UHGV virus genome: UHGV-0318153
Reading direction: 5' to 3' (one strand)
DNA length: 64,000 bases
Source: a virus
Below the pieces are notes generated by a model that ran no database searches, was not told where the DNA came from, and saw only the letters and a list, made by a program, of their open reading frames with translations. This document shows positions 19,512 to 27,995 of this stretch, piece by piece. Numbering within the stretch: position 1 is the stretch's first letter; each line of letters starts with the position of its first letter. A program made the translations under genes and the position numbers.

Positions 19512-19943
19512 ATGGCAAAGAATGTAAGATTTAATTTTGTAAAACGTAGCTTGCCCGTAGGGGATGTCAAGAAGGCTAAACCTACACAAAAGATAACAGG
19601 AGATATTAATCTTGAATTTGAAGTTATATCTAATAAAGTATTTGATAGAAATAAAAGTTATTATTCAGTATTTTTTCAAAGTGTAATTATATTTACTGAT
19701 TATAAAGCGAAATCATATCAAATATTACATAAATATGATGCTGAAACTAATGAACGAAGTTATTATGTTTGTCTTTATAAAGATAAAGTTGATAATGCTA
19801 TTCCATTAGTTAGAGATTATACAGGTGGATATAAAATTTATACTAAAGATATATTTTATGATATAACACAAGATACTAATATAGATGTAAAATTAGTTCA
19901 AGAAAGAGAAAATCCTAATTGTATTATTTATAAAATACGATGA
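19512..19943 (+). CDS. hypothetical protein (143 aa) with in-frame repeat copy (RSLPVGD)
   Basis: ORF. Confidence 0.45.
   Translation: MAKNVRFNFVKRSLPVGDVKKAKPTQKITGDINLEFEVISNKVFDRNKSYYSVFFQSVIIFTDYKAKSYQILHKYDAETNERSYYVCLYKDKVDNAIPLVRDYTGGYKIYTKDIFYDITQDTNIDVKLVQERENPNCIIYKIR
19547..19565 (-). repeat. dispersed element copy, B orientation (GGG variant)
   Basis: tagcttgcccgtaggggat; shares extended aaacgtagcttgcccgtag with copy at 917. Confidence 0.9.
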
Positions 19944-19985
19944 GAAGTTATTGCTGCTGATAATGATAATGAGTCATTGTCGGCA
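19944..19985 (+). terminator. rho-independent terminator-like hairpin
   Basis: tgctgctgataatga / tcattgtcggcagca (13/15 bp) followed by TTTTT. Confidence 0.5.
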
Positions 19986-20067
19986 GCATTTTTGTTTGTA
20001 TCCAAAATATATCAAAACATGGCTCAGAATAGGTCAGATTTTGCCTGTATTCGATTTTCTATATTGT

Positions 20068-20106
20068 CGTGATACATTGTAAGGATTTTGACAAAAGTCT
20101 GTCAGA
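20068..20106 (-). promoter_or_regulatory. conserved upstream element, reverse orientation (coding strand: CGTGATA...TTTTGACAAAAGTCTGTCAGA)
   Basis: ~115 nt upstream of the 20222 start; same motif family as 3563, 41113 and 58731. Confidence 0.5.
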
Positions 20107-20221
20107 ATGGCTAGAAATGCAAAATAGAAAATTTATTTCTGCCAGATATTTCTTGATTGTTTGTTTTGATAATATTGATAATAATATTATATTTGTTGTG
20201 TAAACTTATAAACTTAAAGAT

Positions 20222-20947
20222 ATGAAACAAGCTAAAATTATTGGTATTGCTGGCAAAGCACATAGTGGTAAAGATATTGCTGCTAGTATGATTGCTTATC
20301 AATTATTAGTTGATAATCCAACTTATAATGAATGGCATAAAAGACATTATGTTACAAATGCTTTATTAAGAGAAGATTTAATTATTCATTTTGCAGACCC
20401 TCTTAAACAAGTTCTTTCTATTATAACAGGACTTAGTATAAAACAAATTAATGAAAATAAAGATAAAGGTTATTATCTTTGGGATAAACAAGAATTGGTT
20501 GGAGATAATTATCTTGATGATTATAGATTAATTGATATTAAAAGTTTAGAAATTACAGGATTAATTAATTATATAAAACAATTTGATGGTAAAATAGTTA
20601 TTAGTATTAGAACTCTTCTTCAATTTATTGGAACAGAATTAATGAAGAAAAGATTTGATAACAATGTTTGGATTAGACCTACTATTAATAAAGCATATGA
20701 AATAGCTAATAGATATTCTTTATGTATTATACCAGATGTTAGGTTTAAAGATGAAGAAGAAGCTATTCATAATATAGGTGGTAAAGTTATTCGTATTTGG
20801 CGAAATGATGCTCATATAGAATATTATAATAGTAATCATAGTAGCGAAGAGATAAATATTGATGCTGATAAAACTATTGATAATAATGGTAGTTTACAAG
20901 ATTTATATAATGAAATAGCTAAAGTTATAAAAGATGAAGTATTGTAG
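20222..20947 (+). CDS. P-loop deoxynucleoside monophosphate kinase-like protein
   Basis: N-terminal GIAGKAHSGKD resembles T4 gp1-type dNMP kinase P-loop. Confidence 0.55.
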   Translation: MKQAKIIGIAGKAHSGKDIAASMIAYQLLVDNPTYNEWHKRHYVTNALLREDLIIHFADPLKQVLSIITGLSIKQINENKDKGYYLWDKQELVGDNYLDDYRLIDIKSLEITGLINYIKQFDGKIVISIRTLLQFIGTELMKKRFDNNVWIRPTINKAYEIANRYSLCIIPDVRFKDEEEAIHNIGGKVIRIWRNDAHIEYYNSNHSSEEINIDADKTIDNNGSLQDLYNEIAKVIKDEVL

Positions 20948-21347
20948 TTATAATGGTAGGCATTCCCTACGGGCAAGCTACAATGTACTTAAAAATCATC
21001 CTGATTATGGTGTTAATGCTGCACCTACTGTTTGTTATATATGTAAGAAACCGATGTTTTATACACCTTTCTTTAATACAATGAACAGAGATTGCTCAAA
21101 AGAAATTAATACTATCAATGGTGTAGTTTGTCCAGAATGTAAAGCAAAGTTAGAAATAGCTACGTTGTTTATTAAAACATTTGAAGAAGAAGATACAATT
21201 AGATTTGGTAGTTATATATTTATAAATGATAATGCTCTTGAAAATTATTTTGATAATGTTGAAGCATTGGATAAAATTAATTATATGCATCCAAAAGATT
21301 TTGATTTTCTTCGTAATGATATTAATTTAGATTTGTCGAATTTTTAA
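20934..21347 (+). CDS. hypothetical protein with Cys4 zinc-ribbon; in-frame repeat copy
   Basis: CYIC...CPEC. Confidence 0.45.
   Translation: MKYCSYNGRHSLRASYNVLKNHPDYGVNAAPTVCYICKKPMFYTPFFNTMNRDCSKEINTINGVVCPECKAKLEIATLFIKTFEEEDTIRFGSYIFINDNALENYFDNVEALDKINYMHPKDFDFLRNDINLDLSNF
20963..20982 (+). repeat. dispersed element copy, A orientation
   Basis: ttccctacgggcaagctaca. Confidence 0.9.
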
Positions 21348-21358
21348 TTATAATTGAT

Positions 21359-22249
21359 ATGAAAATTATTGAACCTTCAGTTGAACTTTGGCTTCAAGAA
21401 GATGCTAAAGCTCATGTTGCAAGATGTGCAAGAATTTGTTATGGTAGAGAAACAGGTAATGATGAAGCTACTATAAGAAGATTGATTAATGATAAACATT
21501 GGAGTATGTTTAGGCATGAAAGTATTTATGCAATAATACCTAATCATGATAAAAATTTAGGAGATTTAGCTACTTATTATGATAATTGTCCTTATATTAA
21601 TATTCATATGTTTGGTGGTTATACTTATGTTTCTACAAATAGAAATTTTATAATGGATAATGAAGATTATCCTTTTATTAAATTAATTAAACAATATCAA
21701 GTAGATAGACATAAATTTATTAGTATTGAAGAACATAGACAAATAACTATGCCTATGTTAAGATATACATTTAAAGTTACTACTCAAATTAGTACTAGTA
21801 GAGAACTTAATAGAGTTTCTCCTAATAGTATTGCTGAAAGAAGTACTAGATATGTATATGAAGATGGTAGTATTTGTAGACCACATTGGTTAAAAGATTA
21901 TAGTGTGGTTGAAACTTTATATGGTAAATATATTATTTATAAAGATGGTATTGAACAAGATAATATTGATGCTTGTAAAGTTCTTAAATATGTTGAGTCC
22001 TGTGATAGAGGATTTAATGATTATCAATATCTTGTAAAAACTGGTTTACATCGTCAAGATGCTAGAGGTGTTCTTCCTCTTGATACTGCTACAGAATGTG
22101 TCTACAGTTACTCTTATAAGGAATGGTGTCATATATTAGATTTAAGATATTATGGAACTACTGGACGACCACATGAAAACGCCCGTATAATTGCTGGTAT
22201 GATTAGAAATAAATTAATGGATTTAGGTTATGAATTTAGAGAAGGATAA
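21359..22249 (+). CDS. thyX: flavin-dependent thymidylate synthase (ThyX)
   Basis: ARICYGRE, HWSMFRHES (HxSxFEH-like), SRELNR....S...RY and DARGVLP blocks in ThyX order; the canonical RHR triplet is not intact. Confidence 0.65.
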   Translation: MKIIEPSVELWLQEDAKAHVARCARICYGRETGNDEATIRRLINDKHWSMFRHESIYAIIPNHDKNLGDLATYYDNCPYINIHMFGGYTYVSTNRNFIMDNEDYPFIKLIKQYQVDRHKFISIEEHRQITMPMLRYTFKVTTQISTSRELNRVSPNSIAERSTRYVYEDGSICRPHWLKDYSVVETLYGKYIIYKDGIEQDNIDACKVLKYVESCDRGFNDYQYLVKTGLHRQDARGVLPLDTATECVYSYSYKEWCHILDLRYYGTTGRPHENARIIAGMIRNKLMDLGYEFREG

Positions 22250-22412
22250 ATATGAAATAAAACCAAATATATTTGCTCCTAATCTTTGGTCTATATATCA
22301 TAATGAAGTAATTATATATTGTAATATTTATAAATCTGAATGTAAAAGAAAAATAAAAGAATTTGTAAAACAAGATAAACAAAATAATAAAAATTATGGA
22401 AGCAATGAATGA
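22230..22412 (+). CDS. small hypothetical protein (60 aa)
   Basis: short ORF overlapping the neighbouring gene ends. Confidence 0.25.
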   Translation: MNLEKDKYEIKPNIFAPNLWSIYHNEVIIYCNIYKSECKRKIKEFVKQDKQNNKNYGSNE

Positions 22413-23181
22413 ATCTCTTTATAGTATTGATTATAAATTATCTAATATTATTAATGAAATAATTGAAAATGGTGGAGAAATTACCGATGAATTAGCTGAA
22501 CAACTTGAAATTACTCAAGAAAATCTTAAATTAAAACTTGGTGATTATCGTCGTGCTATTGCTGAATTATCTGCCCGTATTGATTATTGTAAAAATGAAA
22601 AAACTCGTATTGATGTTTTAACTAAATCTAGACAAAGAGTTGTTGATAGATTAAAAGCTGCAATGTTAGATGCGGTTGTTAAATATGGAGATGAAAATAA
22701 ATCAGGAAACAAAGTTATTGATTTAGTTGATTCTAAATTAATGAGTCGTGCTAGCACAGTTTGTGAAATTGATACTAATCTTGTTTTAGAATTAAAAGAT
22801 GCTGTTTTTGATAGATTAAGAGAATTATGGAATAACAATATGTTGTTAGATTCTAATGAATTGCAAAGTATTGATGTTGATAGTTTTCTTAATACATTAA
22901 ATGCTAATTTTAATGCTGAATATTCTGAAGAAAATCAAATTAATTTTACAAAAGATGATTTAGAATCTACTAATGTTGAAATTAAATTTAATATACCTTT
23001 AATTAAACTTCTTGATAAATTAAATTATGATATTGTTAATACTTATTTTAACCATGAAGATACTGATGGAAGTTTATCTGTTGATATAGATAAAACAAGA
23101 TATAAGAATTATATTCTTAATCGAGAAGCTAAATTAAATGTTGCTCGACTTTGTGAAAATCAAACTTTAACTATTAAATAA
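22396..23181 (+). CDS. hypothetical protein (261 aa)
   Basis: ORF. Confidence 0.5.
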   Translation: MEAMNESLYSIDYKLSNIINEIIENGGEITDELAEQLEITQENLKLKLGDYRRAIAELSARIDYCKNEKTRIDVLTKSRQRVVDRLKAAMLDAVVKYGDENKSGNKVIDLVDSKLMSRASTVCEIDTNLVLELKDAVFDRLRELWNNNMLLDSNELQSIDVDSFLNTLNANFNAEYSEENQINFTKDDLESTNVEIKFNIPLIKLLDKLNYDIVNTYFNHEDTDGSLSVDIDKTRYKNYILNREAKLNVARLCENQTLTIK

Positions 23182-23183
23182 TT

Positions 23184-23471
23184 ATGAAAAAGAATACTCT
23201 TGCTTTAAATATTGGAGAAGAAGCATTTGTTGAAGGTTTTGGTATTGTTAGATGTATTAAATCTAATATAAAGTTTAATATATTTTCTTGTTTACAATGT
23301 TGTATGTATGGAAAACATAGAAGATGTATGTCTGGAGAATTAGTAAATATTGATAGTCTTGGATATTGTATTGGTGAATATAGAAATAAAAAAGGACTTG
23401 ACGATTGTGAAGAAGGAGTTATTTTTACTAGAGTTACTGCTGTTGTTAAACTTAAAGATATAGAATTATGA
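23184..23471 (+). CDS. hypothetical Cys-containing protein (95 aa)
   Basis: ORF. Confidence 0.4.
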   Translation: MKKNTLALNIGEEAFVEGFGIVRCIKSNIKFNIFSCLQCCMYGKHRRCMSGELVNIDSLGYCIGEYRNKKGLDDCEEGVIFTRVTAVVKLKDIEL

Positions 23472-24535
23472 GTTATAGAGTTATTGGACAACCCTGGCGA
23501 TATGCTGGGGTTGTCAATGTAGAAGATTGTAAAACTACAGAAGAAGTAATGATTAAAGCTGGTCTTAATTATGAAGTTAAGAAACATGAGCTTGTTGCCA
23601 AAATGCCTATTGATGTAATGAATATGGATAAAGCATTAGATGATTTTAATAATCTTAAAAAGAAAGATTCTGATGCACATATTTTAGGTAGTAATTTATA
23701 TACTACTTGTCCGAATGCTTATTGTACTTATCGAGATGATTATAAAATTCCTCTTGGAACTGTTAAGAAACAATATACTATTGTTCAAAATAAAGAGGCT
23801 TTTAAATTCTTTGATGATGCAATAGGTGCTAATGAAGCTAAATGGCAAACTGCTGGGTTCTTTGGTAATGGAGAAAGAATATTTGTTTCTGCTAAATTGC
23901 CTGACAATATTAGAGTAAAAGGTGATATTGTAGAAAATTATCTTTTGTTTGTTAATAATCATGATGGTAATGGTGGAGTTAAAATATTGTTTACTCCTAT
24001 TAGAGTTATTTGTCAGAATACTTTAGCTGCTGCTTTAAAAAATGGTAATGCTTTATCTTATAAACATACTAGTTCTGTTCATAAAAATATAGAAGAAGCC
24101 CATCGTGTATTAGGTATTACTAAACAAATTATACAAGCTACTAATGATGCATATAATTTATTAGAAAGTATTAAGATGACTGATGAACAAGTTATGAAAT
24201 ATATCTGTGAATTTTATTTGACAGATGAAGAAAAATCAAAACTTCTTAATACAGGTCATAATTATAAACAAGTTATATATCGAAATGGTTTAGCTTGTAA
24301 TGATGCAGAAATTAGTACACGTAAATTGAATATTATTAGTGATAATTGGGATTATTATAATGTTGGTATTGGTCAAAAAGAAATAGCTGGTACTGCATGG
24401 GGTGCTTATAATAGTATCTCAGGATATTATAGTAATGTTGATACTGCTACAGGCGCTAAACGAATGGATAGTATAATGTTTGGAGATAAAAGTAGAAAAT
24501 TAAAAGAAGCATTAGAATATGAATTTGCTATTTAA
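23468..24535 (+). CDS. hypothetical protein (355 aa)
   Basis: long ORF. Confidence 0.55.
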   Translation: MSYRVIGQPWRYAGVVNVEDCKTTEEVMIKAGLNYEVKKHELVAKMPIDVMNMDKALDDFNNLKKKDSDAHILGSNLYTTCPNAYCTYRDDYKIPLGTVKKQYTIVQNKEAFKFFDDAIGANEAKWQTAGFFGNGERIFVSAKLPDNIRVKGDIVENYLLFVNNHDGNGGVKILFTPIRVICQNTLAAALKNGNALSYKHTSSVHKNIEEAHRVLGITKQIIQATNDAYNLLESIKMTDEQVMKYICEFYLTDEEKSKLLNTGHNYKQVIYRNGLACNDAEISTRKLNIISDNWDYYNVGIGQKEIAGTAWGAYNSISGYYSNVDTATGAKRMDSIMFGDKSRKLKEALEYEFAI

Positions 24536-24541
24536 AATTAT

Positions 24542-25222
24542 ATGATTATGAAAAGAAATGAAAATTATGTAGAACACGCACTTAAAATGCTACTAAATGG
24601 TAGTAAAAATGGAGATGTACTTAATTATTTAATTGAACAAGATGAACTTAATAAAACAATACCTGTTAAATGTTGGAGAGAAAATAAAGATATACCTCTT
24701 CCTACTTATGCTCACGATGGGGATGCTTGTTGTGATTTATATGCTCAATCTATTGAGTATGATGATAAAAAAGATAGATATATTGTTCATACAGGACTTC
24801 ATATTGCTTTAGATAAAGATTATGAATGTGAATTAAGACCTAGAAGTTCTCTTAGTAAAACTGAATATTATATAGCTAATACACCTGGTACTATTGATGA
24901 GCCTTATAGAGGAGAAATAATGGTAGTATTTAAATCTAGAAACAATATTAGATTAATAAATATAATTGATAATATTAGAATTAATTTAGAGAAAATAAAT
25001 ATTAATAAACTTAATGAATGTCATTTTGAAATATTTAATATAATAGATAAAAATAGATACGAATTTAATGATATAAATGAATTTCCTTATAAAGTAGGAG
25101 ATAGAATTGCTCAAATTCTTGTTCGTAAAAGAACTAAAATTGAATGGCAAGAAGTTGATAAATTAGAAGATTTAGGTGAAACTGATAGAGGACAAGGTGG
25201 TTATGGAAGTTCAGGCAAATGA
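24542..25222 (+). CDS. dut: dUTPase with N-terminal extension and ~50-aa insertion between motifs 3 and 4
   Basis: motif 1 GDACCDLYA, motif 2 RSSLS, motif 3 TPGTIDEPYRGE, motif 4 GDRIAQILV, motif 5 RGQGGYGSSG. Confidence 0.85.
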   Translation: MIMKRNENYVEHALKMLLNGSKNGDVLNYLIEQDELNKTIPVKCWRENKDIPLPTYAHDGDACCDLYAQSIEYDDKKDRYIVHTGLHIALDKDYECELRPRSSLSKTEYYIANTPGTIDEPYRGEIMVVFKSRNNIRLINIIDNIRINLEKININKLNECHFEIFNIIDKNRYEFNDINEFPYKVGDRIAQILVRKRTKIEWQEVDKLEDLGETDRGQGGYGSSGK

Positions 25223-25472
25223 TTTAAAACCTTTAGATAATAATTCTCCAGTAAATGCTGGAGATTATTTTATTCATATTAAAACTGAGAATTTATATAA
25301 AGTTATAGAAGCAAGAGATAATCTTATTAAATTAAATGGTAAATGGAGTCCTGGAGTTATATATACTAGAGCTGATATTGAAAGTCAAATGTATGTTAGA
25401 ACTCTTGATGATTTTCGTAGTCATTTTAGTCTTGCTCATAGTTTTACAGATGAAGAAGTTGTACAAGTATGA
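25203..25472 (+). CDS. hypothetical protein (~89 aa)
   Basis: ORF; internal Met chosen as start. Confidence 0.4.
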   Translation: MEVQANDLKPLDNNSPVNAGDYFIHIKTENLYKVIEARDNLIKLNGKWSPGVIYTRADIESQMYVRTLDDFRSHFSLAHSFTDEEVVQV

Positions 25473-25729
25473 AAATAGTAGAAATTATAACAATTAAAGA
25501 TTGTCTTGCTTGTGAATTTGTGAGTAGTGTATTACAAGATATATGCAAAAATATAGATATAAAATGCAATATAGTAACTTGTAATAGAGATGTTGCTAAT
25601 ACAAAATATAAAACTAATGTATTTCCAACTGTTATAATAAGAGAAAACATTAGAGAAATAGCCAGAATATTTGGTTCTATGCCTGCTGATTTTTATAAAA
25701 GTGTAATTGATAAATTTGAAACATTGTAA
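25469..25729 (+). CDS. thioredoxin/glutaredoxin-like small redox protein
   Basis: CLAC (CxxC) motif near the N-terminus of an 86-aa protein. Confidence 0.35.
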   Translation: MKIVEIITIKDCLACEFVSSVLQDICKNIDIKCNIVTCNRDVANTKYKTNVFPTVIIRENIREIARIFGSMPADFYKSVIDKFETL

Positions 25730-25731
25730 TT

Positions 25732-25923
25732 ATGGAAGAAGAAATTGTTGGAATTTATGATGAAGATGGACAAGGTTATATTTGTGATTGTCCTATATGT
25801 GGTAATACTGTTCATATAGAAGAATATGCAGATGATGAAACAATAGATATGATTACTGATAATGAAGTAGTTGAAATCTATTGCGATAAATGTGATAGTT
25901 ATTTTGAAGCTCAATTAAGTTAG
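25732..25923 (+). CDS. small acidic Cys4 zinc-ribbon protein
   Basis: CDCPICGN...CDKCDSYF. Confidence 0.45.
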   Translation: MEEEIVGIYDEDGQGYICDCPICGNTVHIEEYADDETIDMITDNEVVEIYCDKCDSYFEAQLS

Positions 25924-25960
25924 AAAGGAGGTGAATATGAAAAAGATGTAATAGATAGTA

Positions 25961-26144
25961 TAGCTTGCCCGTAGAGGATATGAGATAATGCTACATTCCC
26001 TACGGGCAAGATACTGCCAGTAAATGTTATAATTTAGTTATTATTAATATTGACAATTTAGTTATTGTTGATATTACAGCTTGCCCGTAGGGAAGTGATG
26101 ATATAGCTAGCTATCATGCCTAGCAATCCTCTACGGGCAAGCTA
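25961..26144. promoter_or_regulatory. intergenic cluster of four dispersed-repeat copies arranged as two inverted pairs (potential cruciforms/hairpins)
   Basis: 25961-25980(-)/25996-26010(+) with ~15-nt spacer; 26078-26095(-)/26127-26144(+) with ~31-nt spacer containing the palindrome atagctagctat. Confidence 0.6.
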
Positions 26145-26339
26145 AAATAATCTAATTGATATTGGAAAAATGAAAGATATTAAAGATACTGTTGTTGATT
26201 TAAGTATTAAATTTATTGCCGCTATTGCTTGTGAAAGTAGTAGCGGTTTTATTTGTGATATGCTGGAACACCAATATTTTATTATATATAATAATATTAT
26301 TAAGGAGCTGTAAATAGCTGATTATCAGGCAGTTACAAA

Positions 26340-26416
26340 CATTTTGCATCACTCATTGCGTGATTGAAATCTAATTATTATATTTGCAATATCGGTCTGA
26401 ATCACTTATAGCGTGA
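26340..26416 (+). promoter_or_regulatory. direct repeat cacty-at-gcgtgattgaaat x2 immediately upstream of the 26417 gene
   Basis: two ~21-bp near-identical copies ~45 bp apart. Confidence 0.4.
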
Positions 26417-27229
26417 TTGAAATTTTATGTCGAATTTAATAATATTGTTATGGGAAAACTTAGTTTTAATGCTAATGAAGTTACTGATAAGAAACTTCTT
26501 AAAGAAGCATTTTATAAAGAATTTGAAGAATATTGGAAAACACTTGAAGAATCAAATGATAATGATTCTATTAATAATGCAATAGAAAATGTTGCTGAAT
26601 TAAAGAAAAAACAAAAGAAAATAAATGATAGTAAATATGTACCTTCTCCTTATGATAGTACAATTAAAGAAAATAGTAAAACTAAAAAAGTTGATAATGT
26701 ATCATTAACATTTAATAATGATACTGTTTCTTCTCCTTTTGTTCAATGCAACCCAATAACAGTTCATACTATTTTAAAAGTTAGTAGAGAAATATCTGGT
26801 TTTGGTAGAGCAAGACATGATAAATCTTCTGTTGTTGGAGAAGGCGGTTTAATAAAAATGTATATGTATATTGTTAGTATTGTTAAAAAAGATAGTAATT
26901 TTATTAAACTTGATAAAGAACGTGTTATGCAATATACAGGAGTTGGAACAAATGGATATGCAGAATATTTAAGAATATTAAATAGATTAAATGTTCTTGT
27001 TGAAATTAAAAATATGAGAAGTTGTTATGTTATAAATCATAATGTTATATACAATGGAGATAAAAAGTATTTATGTGAATGGCTTAATAAAGGTAATAAA
27101 GTTGAATTGAAAAAAGATGAAAATAAGAATTATACTTATATAGAAATAGATGAAAACAATAAAACTAAATTAAATAATATATTTAAGAATACAATATTTG
27201 AACCTTTTGAAGAAGCTAAAATTGAATGA
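26417..27229 (+). CDS. hypothetical protein (270 aa)
   Basis: ORF. Confidence 0.55.
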   Translation: MKFYVEFNNIVMGKLSFNANEVTDKKLLKEAFYKEFEEYWKTLEESNDNDSINNAIENVAELKKKQKKINDSKYVPSPYDSTIKENSKTKKVDNVSLTFNNDTVSSPFVQCNPITVHTILKVSREISGFGRARHDKSSVVGEGGLIKMYMYIVSIVKKDSNFIKLDKERVMQYTGVGTNGYAEYLRILNRLNVLVEIKNMRSCYVINHNVIYNGDKKYLCEWLNKGNKVELKKDENKNYTYIEIDENNKTKLNNIFKNTIFEPFEEAKIE

Positions 27230-27429
27230 TTATGAAAGAAAAAGAAGAACTTGTTATTGTAAAGAAATTTACTTATAATGGTAAAGAACAATTTGCTGTT
27301 CAACAAAAAGCAACTAATGGTAATTATTATACAGTCATTATAATGATAAATGGAAAAAGTGTAGCTGCTGTATATGATAAAGAAACCGATGCTAAAAGAA
27401 TGTGTAATTTATTAAAGAAATTGTTATGA
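27226..27429 (+). CDS. hypothetical protein (67 aa)
   Basis: ORF with ATGA overlap. Confidence 0.4.
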   Translation: MIMKEKEELVIVKKFTYNGKEQFAVQQKATNGNYYTVIIMINGKSVAAVYDKETDAKRMCNLLKKLL

Positions 27430-27705
27430 TATTACCTATAGTTGTTATTGCTATTATTGGATATATAATATCTAAAGTGTTTATTAGAGAAGATGATACT
27501 GAACAAGAACAATCTAATAAATTTGGTTTTGGTATTTTGATTGGAATAATATTATTTATTTTGTTTATTGTTTGGAGAATAGGAGAAACTAATTGAAATG
27601 AAAAGAATAATAGATATTATATTTGTCGGTGTTGTGATTGTTGCTATTATAGCTGGAGTTATTGATGATAACGAATATAGTTGTCGATATAACGACTTAT
27701 TTTAA

Positions 27706-27739
27706 GGCTCTCTGACGCATGATTGTCAAAAATCAATAC
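27706..27739 (+). promoter_or_regulatory. degenerate copy of the TCTGACR...TTGTCAAAAATCAATAC element
   Basis: ggctctctgacgcatgattgtcaaaaatcaatac. Confidence 0.3.
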
Positions 27740-27827
27740 AAACTATCATGCTAATATAGAAAATGCAACAGATGGCAAATCTGTAAGCGAGAAGGCATAG
27801 TAACGAATAGTTATGAATGTGAGTAGT

Positions 27828-27880
27828 AGTAGGCGGATGACTGGTTATTAACTGGTTGTCCGCCTATAATTTTTTTCAGT
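27828..27880. terminator. hairpin plus T-run at the convergence point of the two gene blocks
   Basis: ggcgga...tccgcc stem with T7 run; lies between the last + gene and the 3' end of the giant - gene. Confidence 0.35.
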
Positions 27881-27967
27881 TACTCCATCTTCAATATTAG
27901 CAATAATTCTATCAAGTATATTAATACGAAAATGCCCATAAGGAGCGGCATGATTATTACCATGTCA

Positions 27968-27986
27968 TTCCCTACGGGCAAGTTTC
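27968..27986 (+). repeat. dispersed element copy, A orientation, immediately 3' of the giant ORF stop
   Basis: ttccctacgggcaagtttc. Confidence 0.85.
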
Positions 27987-27995
27987 AGTGAGATA

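Noticed and set aside
22150-22590. Partial matches GCCCGTATAATTG (22181) and CTGCCCGTATTGA (22571) as further element copies
   Set aside because: Only 8-9 nt match (GCCCGTA), and these are explained by ordinary Ala-Arg codons. Treated as chance.
27880-27995. 23-codon hydrophobic minus-strand mini-ORF (MPLLMGIFVLIYLIELLLILKME) in the convergent intergenic region
   Set aside because: It is too short, has no RBS-like context, and sits in a region more likely occupied by terminators and the adjacent element copy.
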